Notes under the pieces: model-generated
What the model was told of the DNA's origin: nothing
What the model saw: the letters and a program-made list of their open reading frames with translations, nothing else
The model's database searches: none
Assembly (NCBI GenBank): GCA_030698495.1
Contig: JAUYKA010000007.1
Span: 1 to 60,129 of the forward strand
DNA length: 60,129 nt
Direction of reading: 5' to 3'
Source: a bacterium
Lineage (GTDB): Bacteria; Patescibacteriota; Andersenbacteria; UBA10190
Translations under genes and position numbers: made by a program
Shown: positions 42,856-51,666 of the stretch, piece after piece
How the letters are laid out: each line of letters starts with the position of its first letter
How positions within the stretch are numbered: the stretch's first letter is position 1

Positions 42856-42889
42856 CCTCCGCGCACACAATTGTGCGGAGGCCTTTTTT
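42856..42889 (+). terminator. Intrinsic terminator of the three-gene operon
   Basis: CCTCCGCGCACA-CAAT-TGTGCGGAGG-CCTTTTTT. Confidence 0.72.
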
Positions 42890-43429
42890 ATATTTGTTCA
42901 AACGCCGAGATCACTGAGCGAACACGAAGTCCGCACCGGAGAGGCTCGCGAACGAATGCGAGCGGCCCATGCGAGATGTGGGCGTAGTGTGAGCGGATGT
43001 TAAAATTACCACGCACTCTCGCTACGGGAGCGCCTCGGGCCGCCACGAGGACGGAGAAAGCGGAGATTGGGAATGAAGCAATGCTGAATGACCTTTCGAC
43101 TCTTTTGGAGGACGAAGTGGCGGCAGCAGACCGCGCCGTTTCCTTTGCATTTTTGTGCGGCTCCTCCTCCCATCCCCCTCCACCGCAAAAATTGAAAGGA
43201 AAAGGAAACGGCGCGGGATGCGGCGCGCGAGTCCGCGAGCGCGCACCGAGGCGCATTGGTTCGCGTTGGCAGGAAATCGGAGCGTACGCTTCAGTCCCGA
43301 GCCACCACGCACGCGGAGCGTGCGTCAGTCCTTCTCGCGGCTTCGCCGCTCGAAAAAGGTTCGCGCAAAGGTTAGAATGTCAGCACTGAATATAAAGTTC
43401 TAAAGGATGATTTTTTATGTGCGCTCTAG

Positions 43430-43855
43430 TTACAGATCGTCTCGCTTGATTAGGTTCTGGCGCATAATTGTTTTGATCGCATCAACGGTCTGGTCTTTTA
43501 CTTTGGGGTTGCTGGCGGCTACCCAGGTCGCGAAGTTGTATAGTTCTTGATTATCAATGCGCAGCCACTTGCCATTTTTATACAGGAAGTAGAAGAGAGT
43601 CATGATGGCCACTCGCTTGTTGCCGTTTTGAAAAGGGTGATTTTTAATCATCACATATAACAGCATTGAAGCTTGTGCTACCAAACCGGGATATAAAGAT
43701 TTTTTGTCATAGCGGGCGGTAGGTACAGCCAGACATTGCTCAAGTACACCGGGGAAGCGAGTGTTAAAAGAAGGGATTGGCTCGTTCCAGCGCATTAATT
43801 CCCTGGCTAGTTGGTGGGCGACGTATTCTACTTCTTGGATGCTAAGATAGTACAT
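43430..43855 (-). CDS. doc: Doc/Fic-family toxin
   Basis: 141 aa with the motif HPFQNGNKRVA (Doc-type HxFx[DN]GNKR). Confidence 0.8.
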   Translation of the reverse strand: MYYLSIQEVEYVAHQLARELMRWNEPIPSFNTRFPGVLEQCLAVPTARYDKKSLYPGLVAQASMLLYVMIKNHPFQNGNKRVAIMTLFYFLYKNGKWLRIDNQELYNFATWVAASNPKVKDQTVDAIKTIMRQNLIKRDDL

Positions 43856-43858
43856 AAA

Positions 43859-44140
43859 TTACTCTTGAGCTAATTTTTCAAACACTTCACGATATTCTTT
43901 AATGGCTTGGTGCACAGCGGTTTCCACCTCCCGTTTCTGTGCCTCGGATATCTTGCCGCCGGTCAGTTTTTGTAGATCTTGCTTAGTTATGACGTAATTA
44001 CGCCCCGCTTTCTCGGCAGGTAGAATACCGGCTTTAATCTTTTTAAAGACAGCCGTACGACTGATGCCCAAGATTTCGGCTACTTCAGTGGTAGAATAGT
44101 GTTGTTTATTTATGTTAACCATATGTACATATGTTAACAC
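43859..44140 (-). CDS. Excisionase/MerR-like HTH protein, putative antitoxin and autorepressor (start at 44140 GTG or 44122 ATG)
   Basis: YSTTEVAEILGISRTAVFKKIKAGILPAEKAGRNYVITKQDL. It ends 3 nt before the doc start. Confidence 0.68.
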   Translation of the reverse strand: MLTYVHMVNINKQHYSTTEVAEILGISRTAVFKKIKAGILPAEKAGRNYVITKQDLQKLTGGKISEAQKREVETAVHQAIKEYREVFEKLAQE

Positions 44141-44168
44141 TTGTTAACCCATTATGCAAGTGGTTAAC
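44112..44168. promoter_or_regulatory. Operator-like array of four GTTAAC hexamers including a 29-nt near-palindrome
   Basis: GTTAAC lies at 44114, 44133, 44143 and 44163. ATGTTAACCATATGTACATATGTTAACA spans the putative start codons of the HTH gene. Confidence 0.5.
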
Positions 44169-44336
44169 GTGGTGAGACTGATCTGGTACATGTTAGCGTC
44201 AATCATCGGGACGGGCGCTTTTTTGTATGAAAAAACCGCGGATGGCGGCGGTTTTCTTTTGGGCTTGGATTCCCAATTGGTTTAGTTGGGTTATTATAAT
44301 GTGTGGAAAAGCGCCTCGGGGGGCGCTTGGGGGTTG

Positions 44337-44762
44337 TTACAGGATTCGGCCGGCGGCGCGGAGTTCTGCTTCCAGCTTTAGGTATTCTATCGCGCTTATT
44401 GCCCGGGCATATTGCCTGGGAGGAACGGGTGCGGGCGGTTTGACTTTGCCGGCGGCCAAGGATTTTTTGTATTGTCTGATGTTTGGTCTCTTTCGACGGG
44501 GAAGCGGCGGTCTGGGCGTGGAGACTTCCGGCGGTATTTCTGCCTTTTTCTTTTCGGCCTTTTCTTCGGCTTCGATCAGAGACAGAGCCTCATCGTCAGG
44601 CTCTTCTTCAACCTTTCCGTGAAAGATATGAATGTCGCCGGGATAGTCCATCGGCTGGCGCTTGCGTATCCGCGCCGCGATAATGGCTAATTTCCGGCGA
44701 GAGCCCGGTTCCGCCGTGGTGGGACACGAGATGAAATCTTCTGGCTTTTTGCGCTTACTCAT
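44337..44762 (-). CDS. Hypothetical Lys/Pro/Glu-rich protein
   Basis: 141 aa with AGGAGG 6 nt upstream of the ATG. A GC hairpin (AAGCGCC-CCCCGA-GGCGCTT) lies just downstream. Confidence 0.5.
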   Translation of the reverse strand: MSKRKKPEDFISCPTTAEPGSRRKLAIIAARIRKRQPMDYPGDIHIFHGKVEEEPDDEALSLIEAEEKAEKKKAEIPPEVSTPRPPLPRRKRPNIRQYKKSLAAGKVKPPAPVPPRQYARAISAIEYLKLEAELRAAGRIL

Positions 44763-44870
44763 GTTTTTCCTCCTGAAAAGAACGGTCCGTTAGACTCCTG
44801 CCTTTAATTTATCTAAAAACTAGGATTGTCTACAAGGTGCATCTTATGGAAAATTTTTTGCGGCGATCAA

Positions 44871-46379
44871 CTATCCGGTTATTACGGCAAAAAAGCGCTG
44901 AATTGCTACTGCCCATAAAAAAAGAACGACGACTGAAACGGTACCATATTCAAAAAATAAGTTACGATCCGGCACAAGACGGTGATAGTGGTTTTTTATT
45001 AAATAATCGTACTTAACCTTAAACCAGTAAAAATGGGCGATAAAACGGCACAGGCATTTAAACAGGCCATATAAGGGCATAAGCAAAATCAGAAAAAATG
45101 ACGTTGCGTGGCGGCTGGCGCGCCAGGCAATTGTGTTAAGTAGAAGATAAAATAAGTAAAAAGTTAGAAGATGAAGCGGGTTAAGAAGAATCAACCACCA
45201 AAGCAAGATGCGCAGGGGGTCGGTGAAAAAAATAAATAATTGGAGGGATTTTTCCAACTTGAGCAGGAAGGGCGTATGACGACTGGCTATAATTGACCAG
45301 CATAAAAAGAAATTCTCTTGGATTGAGCGACTCCATTTGAATGAGCGCTGGCGCCATAGAGCACGCCAAGTATTGGGCACGAGAGTATAGGCGGAAGATT
45401 CAATATAAGTAACTCCGCGTCCGAATGAATGTAAATATGTAAATAGCGTACGTTGCTGATCCTCACCGCCATGCTGGCCGCTATGCCGGCGCGCTTGCAA
45501 TTTTAATAAATCGGTACGATATAAACCAATGGCGCCAGAGATGTTGCTGACTGCTCCTATGGATTTTCGAGATGCCTTGCCAAAAAAAATGGTTTTGCCA
45601 TATTCAAATTGCTGCAGTTTGTTTACCAATGAAGGATAGGGCAATGGCATTATCCGAAAAGCAACTGCCGACCAGCCATCGTCAAGTAGACTGGTGGGAA
45701 TAAATGTTTGGCCTATTCTGGTGTCATCGTCAAGCACCAGTACGTATGGCGTAAAGACCCGATTAATAACCTGGTTAATACTTAACCCTTTGTTGATGTT
45801 TCGACTATTGATAAAAACACGTACTCCAAAAGATTTGGCAATGGTTTCGGTTTTATCGACCGAAGCATCGGAAACAAGAATAAGCTGCTTTGGCGGAACA
45901 TGATGAAGCGCCTGACGTAATGTTTTTTGTAAAACATGCTCGCCGTTGTGACAGATAATAACAATGGTCAACTTCGCAGGATCAAACCTAAGGTTAGTGT
46001 GTTTTGTGCGCGGCTGTATGAGATTCAAAAAAAGAATTAGGCCGTCAGTAGTGATGGACAACATAAGCCCGCTTAAAATAATAGGCTGATGCCAAACATC
46101 ATTAATGTAGGCATAGCAATAAAAACCGGCGCTTAATATGACTATCAAATAAGTCAGTGGCGACAATATGCCTATTATCACCTTATGCAAAAACGCGTTA
46201 TTGATGCTAGAAATGGCCGAGGAAGACCATGATGAGGGGGGCTTTGAAAGCGCCTTACGAGGCGGGTGAATATCATCAATTACAGTAATGGGCGATTGAT
46301 AAGTAATTTGTTCAATATCATTATTGAAGTGCGTCATAATGGCAGTGTCCTCACCATTACAAAAACAAACCCCTCCCAC
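44871..46379 (-). CDS. Family-2 processive glycosyltransferase, polytopic membrane protein (start 46379 GTG or 46337 ATG)
   Basis: A GT-A core (IVIICHNGE..., VSDASVDKT, VLVLDDDT, GAIGLYR), a Q-x-x-R/K-W-like motif (RQRSFKWSRS), and N- and C-terminal TM helices. Confidence 0.78.
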   Translation of the reverse strand: MGGVCFCNGEDTAIMTHFNNDIEQITYQSPITVIDDIHPPRKALSKPPSSWSSSAISSINNAFLHKVIIGILSPLTYLIVILSAGFYCYAYINDVWHQPIILSGLMLSITTDGLILFLNLIQPRTKHTNLRFDPAKLTIVIICHNGEHVLQKTLRQALHHVPPKQLILVSDASVDKTETIAKSFGVRVFINSRNINKGLSINQVINRVFTPYVLVLDDDTRIGQTFIPTSLLDDGWSAVAFRIMPLPYPSLVNKLQQFEYGKTIFFGKASRKSIGAVSNISGAIGLYRTDLLKLQARRHSGQHGGEDQQRTLFTYLHSFGRGVTYIESSAYTLVPNTWRALWRQRSFKWSRSIQENFFLCWSIIASRHTPFLLKLEKSLQLFIFFTDPLRILLWWLILLNPLHLLTFYLFYLLLNTIAWRASRHATSFFLILLMPLYGLFKCLCRFIAHFYWFKVKYDYLIKNHYHRLVPDRNLFFEYGTVSVVVLFLWAVAIQRFFAVITG

Positions 46380-46404
46380 AAGATAAGAATATAGGGGTTT
46401 AGCC

Positions 46405-47517
46405 TTACTTGTATTTACTGCCTACAACCTCCGATATGTTATTAAAACCGTCTTTTTTGAGCAGTTTGGCCAAGTCTTGATTTATTTGAGCTACCAGTTG
46501 GGGGCCTTCAAAAATAAGGCCGGTAATGAGTTGGACAAGTGAGGCACCACATTTAATCTTTTCATAAGCGTCGGCAGCGGAGAAAATACCGCCGACACCG
46601 ATGATAGTAAGTTTATCGCCAAACGCTTGGTATGTTTGGCTGATTAAGTTGTTGCTTAAATCCCAAGTGGGCTTGCCGCTAAAGTGGCCGGGACCAGCTT
46701 TTTTTACTTCGGCGGGATTAAGTTTTGGATTTTGGCGGTCGGTAGCTAGGTTGCCGATAGTAACGGCCGCGACACGGTGCTGGATGATTATATCCAGAAG
46801 TTGTTTTGTCTGTGTCCAATCGGTGTCAATGGGCATTTTGACCACTAACGGTTTTTGGAGAGACAGTTGGTCAAGTTGGCTTAAGAGTGTTTCCAGGCTG
46901 TCGGGACGGGCGAGAGTGCCGGCGCCGAGGACATTAGGGCAACTAACGTTTAATTCAAAATAAGTGAAGCGCCGATCCTGATTGATTATTTGAAAAGATT
47001 TAATAATGTCGGCAATTTGGGCGGTGGCGGCGGAGGTAGCGGGAGAGTTGGTGGCGCCGATACTGATGCCGGTAGGGAAGCCGGTGTTAAATACTATGCG
47101 GTCGAGAACTGTTTTGAGGCCGTCGTTTTTAAATCCTTTATTTACCAGAATGGAACGGGATTTAATGAGGCGCGACAGACGCGGTTTGGGATTACCGGCA
47201 TAGGAAGAGTGGGTGACGGTGCCGACAGATTCAAAACCAAAACCGAGATAAGGGATAATACCGGTGAGATAGCCGTTGTAGTCGAAACCGGCGGAGAGGC
47301 CGACGGGAGAAGCGAAGTTTGTATTGAAATGACGGCTGGCGAGAGCGGGATCGCGGCGATTAAAGACGGCGGAGAATATTTTTTTAATTAAGCGTGAGCG
47401 AGTGCAAACGGCCCCTATTTTAGTGACGGCGTCATGGATATATTCGGAGTCGAAACGAAAAAGAATCGGGCGGAGAAGGCGATAAAAAAGTTTTAATAGT
47501 TTTAACTGAATGGACAT
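46405..47517 (-). CDS. pyrD: Dihydroorotate dehydrogenase (quinone-type, class 2)
   Basis: An N-terminal membrane-association helix, GLSAGFD, IGVGGI and the overall PyrD pattern. The ATG at 47517 is preferred over the longer ORF. Confidence 0.86.
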   Translation of the reverse strand: MSIQLKLLKLFYRLLRPILFRFDSEYIHDAVTKIGAVCTRSRLIKKIFSAVFNRRDPALASRHFNTNFASPVGLSAGFDYNGYLTGIIPYLGFGFESVGTVTHSSYAGNPKPRLSRLIKSRSILVNKGFKNDGLKTVLDRIVFNTGFPTGISIGATNSPATSAATAQIADIIKSFQIINQDRRFTYFELNVSCPNVLGAGTLARPDSLETLLSQLDQLSLQKPLVVKMPIDTDWTQTKQLLDIIIQHRVAAVTIGNLATDRQNPKLNPAEVKKAGPGHFSGKPTWDLSNNLISQTYQAFGDKLTIIGVGGIFSAADAYEKIKCGASLVQLITGLIFEGPQLVAQINQDLAKLLKKDGFNNISEVVGSKYK

Positions 47518-47528
47518 GGGCACATTAT

Positions 47529-47644
47529 AAACGCAAAACGTAAAACGAAAAATGCAAAGGAACAATATAAAACCCAAAAGAACGACGGCGTTATTTTATT
47601 TTTTCTTGTTGTTTTTAGTTTTGCGTTTTAAGTTTTTCGTTTTC
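47529..47644. repeat. About 115-bp palindromic element, 'AAAACGCAAAA' dialect
   Basis: AAACGCAAAACGTAAAACGAAAAATGCAAA...AAAACCCAAAAGAACGAC...TTTGCGTTTTAAGTTTTTCGTTTT. Homologous copies lie at 56041-56152 and 56636-56757. Confidence 0.75.
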
Positions 47645-48889
47645 CTATTCGTGTCTTAAGGCGTCAATGGGGTCCTTTTTGGCGGCCTGGCGGGCGGGAT
47701 AGAGTCCAAAGAGCAAGCCTACACTAACAGCCATACCAACGCCAAGAGCGATAGCCCCGAGGGGGATCGTCAATGGCCAGTCCAGGTTGTATTGCGTACG
47801 GATGACGACGACTATCAGCAAGGAAATACTTATGGCGATAATCGTGCCAATCAGTCCGCCGGAGAAGGTGAGAAAAACGGCTTCGAGCAGAAACTGCTGC
47901 ATAATATCGCGTTGGCTGGCGCCGACGGCTTTGCGTAAGCCGATTTCCTTTATTCTTTCCGTGACGGAGACCAACATAATATTCATAATACCCACACCGC
48001 CGACCAGTAGGGAAATGGCGGCGATGGAAACCAGAAAAATAGTCAGAACTTGAGTGACGGTGCTGATGCGATCAACAATGTCCTGCTGGGTTAAAACAAA
48101 GAAGTCATCTTTGGCGGGGTCGGTAATGTTGTGCATCTCGCGCAGCGTGGCTTTGACGTCGGCGGCTACTTGATTGATGTCGGCGCCGGGTTTGGCTTTG
48201 GCAATAACTTCCTGAAAGTAATCGATGCCGAGAATTTCTTTTTGAGCGGTGGTGTAGGGCAGAATGACGATATCGTCCACGTTAAATCCGGACAATTGTC
48301 CGGTTTTGGGCAAAACGGCCACTACCCGCATTTTTTGCTGATGAACGGTGACCAGCTGATTAATAGCGGGGGATTCGCCGAATAATTGGTCTTTGACGTG
48401 CCAGCCGATGATGGCTACTTTGGCGTTTTGCTTGATGTCATCGTTAGTAAAATAGCTGCCGGTAGCAGGATAGATATTAAATATTTCCGCCATGGCATCG
48501 GCGGTCCAACCAAAAATGAGGGGGCGGAATATGTTGTTTTGGTAAGAAACGTTACCGGGAACAATAACGGCCGGATCAATAGAGGCAAGCCCGGGGACAT
48601 TATTGGGGTTAGAGAGAGCTATTATGTCTTTGTCTTTCAAACTATCGGAGTAAACGGTATTGGCGATGTCGGCGGCCCCGGTGGGCTGACGGCCGGGGCG
48701 AATCACCAGAGCGTTGCCGCCAATACTTTCCACCTGGCTTAAGATAAGACTCTGCGCTCCCTGACCGATGGCGACAACAAGAACAATGGCGACAATACCA
48801 ATGACAATGCCAAGGATTGTCAGCAGAGAGCGCCCCAGGTTTCCCCGGAGGGCAGCTAGAGCGGTTTTGGCGGCAATAGATAGTCTCAT
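47645..48889 (-). CDS. ABC transporter permease, MacB/FtsX family
   Basis: 414 aa with an N-terminal TM helix, a large extracytoplasmic domain and a C-terminal FtsX-like 3-TM bundle. Confidence 0.88.
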   Translation of the reverse strand: MRLSIAAKTALAALRGNLGRSLLTILGIVIGIVAIVLVVAIGQGAQSLILSQVESIGGNALVIRPGRQPTGAADIANTVYSDSLKDKDIIALSNPNNVPGLASIDPAVIVPGNVSYQNNIFRPLIFGWTADAMAEIFNIYPATGSYFTNDDIKQNAKVAIIGWHVKDQLFGESPAINQLVTVHQQKMRVVAVLPKTGQLSGFNVDDIVILPYTTAQKEILGIDYFQEVIAKAKPGADINQVAADVKATLREMHNITDPAKDDFFVLTQQDIVDRISTVTQVLTIFLVSIAAISLLVGGVGIMNIMLVSVTERIKEIGLRKAVGASQRDIMQQFLLEAVFLTFSGGLIGTIIAISISLLIVVVIRTQYNLDWPLTIPLGAIALGVGMAVSVGLLFGLYPARQAAKKDPIDALRHE

Positions 48890-49600
48890 TTATTTAGTGT
48901 AATGCTGGTGAGTGTGTTCGGCCGGTGCGTCGGAAACGATGCGGCCGTCATAAAGCTTGATAATGCGTCCGGCATATTCGGCGGTGGGGGTTTCATGGGT
49001 AATAACAATGACGGTGTGGCCTTGTTCGTGCAGCTCGTCGATTAAATCCATAACCATCTTGCCGTTTTGGGAATCAAGATTGCCGGTAGGTTCGTCGGCC
49101 AGGACAAGACTGGGTTCGTTAATAAGGGCACGGGCGATAGCGACACGCTGTCTTTCGCCGCCGGAGAGCTGGTAGGGAAGGTGACGCAAACGGTGAGACA
49201 TACCAATCTGCTCCAGAACCGCTTGAGCGCGGTGGTGATATTCACGGGGGGAAACCGAGGAGTAGTAGAGAGGCAGCATGACGTTTTCCATGACGGTGGC
49301 GCGGGGCAGTAAGTGAAAAGCCTGAAAGATAAAGCCTATTTTTTGATTACGCAAGCGGGTCAGTTCTTGATCGGAGAAATCAGCAACGTCTTCACCGCCG
49401 AAAAAATATTGTCCACTGGTGGGGCGATCAAGCAGGCCGATCAGATTAAGCAGGGTTGATTTACCGGAGCCGGAGGGACCCATAATGGAAACAAATTCAC
49501 CCGGTTGGATAGTAAAGTTCGCCTCGATCAGAGCATTGGTGGCGACTCCTTCCACATTATAAATCTTGGTTAGGCGGCGGGCATCAATGAGAGAGCTCAT
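48890..49600 (-). CDS. ABC transporter ATP-binding protein, MacB/LolD-like
   Basis: Walker [10 protein letters not shown], signature [15 protein letters not shown] and Walker [13 protein letters not shown]. Confidence 0.94.
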   Translation of the reverse strand: MSSLIDARRLTKIYNVEGVATNALIEANFTIQPGEFVSIMGPSGSGKSTLLNLIGLLDRPTSGQYFFGGEDVADFSDQELTRLRNQKIGFIFQAFHLLPRATVMENVMLPLYYSSVSPREYHHRAQAVLEQIGMSHRLRHLPYQLSGGERQRVAIARALINEPSLVLADEPTGNLDSQNGKMVMDLIDELHEQGHTVIVITHETPTAEYAGRIIKLYDGRIVSDAPAEHTHQHYTK

Positions 49601-50886
49601 GAATTTTCCGACAAGGTTTCGGTGATTACTTTTTCGCCTTCGTTTATACCACTGGTGACTTCGGTGGTGCCGTCCGATCCGTCCAGGCCGGTAGTAATGG
49701 CTTGCTCGGTAATGGAGCCGTCATCATGCAAAATACGGACATATTGTTTGTCGTCGCGGGTAATGATAGCACGGCGCGGCACGGCGATAACATTATCACG
49801 CCGGCCGGAATGAACGGTGACGTTGGCGGTAAGTCCGGGTTTTAATCGGGTCGGATCAGTAATAGAAAGAGTGACTTCGTAGGTAGGAACACCTTCAATA
49901 ACCACGGCGGCGGGAGCTATTTTGCTGACTTTGGTATCAATAGAAAAAGTGCCCGGAATAGCGTCAAAAGTGATTGAGGCCGGCTGACTGACAGCCAGTT
50001 TCAGAGCGTCGGTTTCCGAAACCTGGGCGGTAATTTTGAGACTGTCAACGGTGGCAATGGAGAATACGGACGCGCCGGCCACTGCCAGCTCACCTGTTTT
50101 TACCTGACGCGCGGTAACAACGCCGTCAAAAGGGGCGGTGAGGCGGCTTTTGGCGAGTTTGACTTGAGACAGGCCGGTAAGAGCCTGGAGAGAAGATAGA
50201 CCGGATTGAGTGGGTGATTTTTGCACCTTGTTCTGGTATTGGGCGTAAGCGAGATCGGCGGCAGAACGAGCAGTGTCATTGCTTTTCTCGGTTGTCTTTA
50301 TATTCTCACTTAGGGTTGTTTGGGCTAAGTTATAAGCCGTCTCGGCGGCTACAACGGCCGAGTAGGCGGTTTGAGAAGTGGAGGAGTCGTCATCATATTC
50401 CCGTACAGTTTGTTCCCAGACGTCTTTTTTTTGGTCATAAGCAGCCTTGGCGTCTCGGACAGCTTGTTTAAGCCGTTCAATAGTTTTCTGATTGACGGCA
50501 ATAGTGTTAGTGTAGTCGGCTTGGGCTTTTTGCCAGGAGATTTTGGCTTCGGCGGCGCCAGCGGCTTCATCGGCCTGGGACTTGGCCAACTCGAGTTCAA
50601 TACTGCGGGGATCCATTTCGGCCAGAAGCTGGCCGGCCGTAACGTGGTCGCCGACATCGACCAGGGTGTTGCTAATAGCGCCGGTGAACTCAAAGCCGAG
50701 GTTAACAGAATCAACAGCGTTAACATTGCCGGTGAAAGTAACCTCCTGGATAATCGTGCCGAGCGCGGTGGTGATAGTGCGGGGTGGGACAGGGCGGCCG
50801 GATTTATTGATCAGAAATATCCCAAGAGCCGCTAAGATTATCACGCAAATAATGACTATTACGATGATTATCAGGCGTTTACTCAT
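49597..50886 (-). CDS. HlyD/MacA-family membrane-fusion (periplasmic adaptor-like) protein
   Basis: An N-terminal TM helix, a lipoyl-like sequence (GDHVTAGQLLAEMD), a coiled-coil hairpin and a beta-barrel C-terminus. It has a 4-nt overlap with the ATPase gene. Confidence 0.8.
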   Translation of the reverse strand: MSKRLIIIVIVIICVIILAALGIFLINKSGRPVPPRTITTALGTIIQEVTFTGNVNAVDSVNLGFEFTGAISNTLVDVGDHVTAGQLLAEMDPRSIELELAKSQADEAAGAAEAKISWQKAQADYTNTIAVNQKTIERLKQAVRDAKAAYDQKKDVWEQTVREYDDDSSTSQTAYSAVVAAETAYNLAQTTLSENIKTTEKSNDTARSAADLAYAQYQNKVQKSPTQSGLSSLQALTGLSQVKLAKSRLTAPFDGVVTARQVKTGELAVAGASVFSIATVDSLKITAQVSETDALKLAVSQPASITFDAIPGTFSIDTKVSKIAPAAVVIEGVPTYEVTLSITDPTRLKPGLTANVTVHSGRRDNVIAVPRRAIITRDDKQYVRILHDDGSITEQAITTGLDGSDGTTEVTSGINEGEKVITETLSENS

Positions 50887-50934
50887 GTTGTTATATTATG
50901 GCAGAGGCGACAGAAATGGAAACAGTTTTCCCGA

Positions 50935-51030
50935 GTAGCAAGTAGTAAGTAGTAAGCAGCAAGGACGTTTACAAATTAAGTTATAACGTGTGTTGTCGTC
51001 CCTTACTACATATTACTTACTGCCTGCTGC
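50935..51030. repeat. Word-built palindrome, 'GTAGTAAGCAG' dialect
   Basis: GTAGCAAGTAGTAAGTAGTAAGCAGCAAGGACG ... CGTCCCTTACTACATATTACTTACTGCCTGCTGC. Confidence 0.7.
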
Positions 51031-51078
51031 TTTGTAACCAGTGACACTATTGTTATTTCCATTTATAATTCAAGTGAG

Positions 51079-51666
51079 ATGATTGGTGCTTTTAAAAAAA
51101 TAAATCAGCGGGGTGCGATGGAAATGTCGGCAACCATTTGGACCGCGGTGGGATTGGGTATAGTCGTGATCGCGATAATAGTTTTCTTTTCCTGGGTAGG
51201 TTCGCAGTTATCCGCTTCTTTAATCAGTCAGGATAATACAAGTTTGTACGTGCCGCTGGTGCGGCATGAATTGGATAACGGCAGGCATTGCTACGACAAT
51301 GGTAATGGCTTTTGTCAGGATTATTTTCAGCCGACGCGTGATTTTCAGCTGACTATCGGGTATTTGCCCGCGATAGCCGAGTCGGACAAGAACAGCGTAT
51401 CTTTGTATGAATGCGCTAATAAGAATAGCGAGGGATTATCCCAACAAATTACTTTTAACGCGAGCGATTGCCGTCAATGGGGGCGTCACACCGAGAAGCT
51501 GGGCGAAGTTTTACAATTGCCGGATACGAGTGCCCCGGCAATTCTGTATGGTTGCCGCAACACCAACACGCAAGACGTTTTGCTAACCGTTAATAGCGGT
51601 GAGTGCGCCCGGGGAGAATACGGCAACGCTGATAAATTAGGCTATATTGCCACCGTGGGCAATTAA
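51079..51666 (+). CDS. Hypothetical membrane-anchored Cys-rich secreted protein (start 51079 or 51118)
   Basis: 195 aa with one TM helix and six Cys in the extracytoplasmic part. No motif recognised. Confidence 0.5.
   Translation: MIGAFKKINQRGAMEMSATIWTAVGLGIVVIAIIVFFSWVGSQLSASLISQDNTSLYVPLVRHELDNGRHCYDNGNGFCQDYFQPTRDFQLTIGYLPAIAESDKNSVSLYECANKNSEGLSQQITFNASDCRQWGRHTEKLGEVLQLPDTSAPAILYGCRNTNTQDVLLTVNSGECARGEYGNADKLGYIATVGN

Noticed and set aside
42888-43403. ORFs of 60-130 aa in five frames (for example 42997-43389 + and 42888-43256 -).
   Set aside because: They overlap each other in all frames and have Arg/Ala/Pro/Gly-rich low-information composition with no SD or start context. This pattern is typical of non-coding GC-rich DNA.
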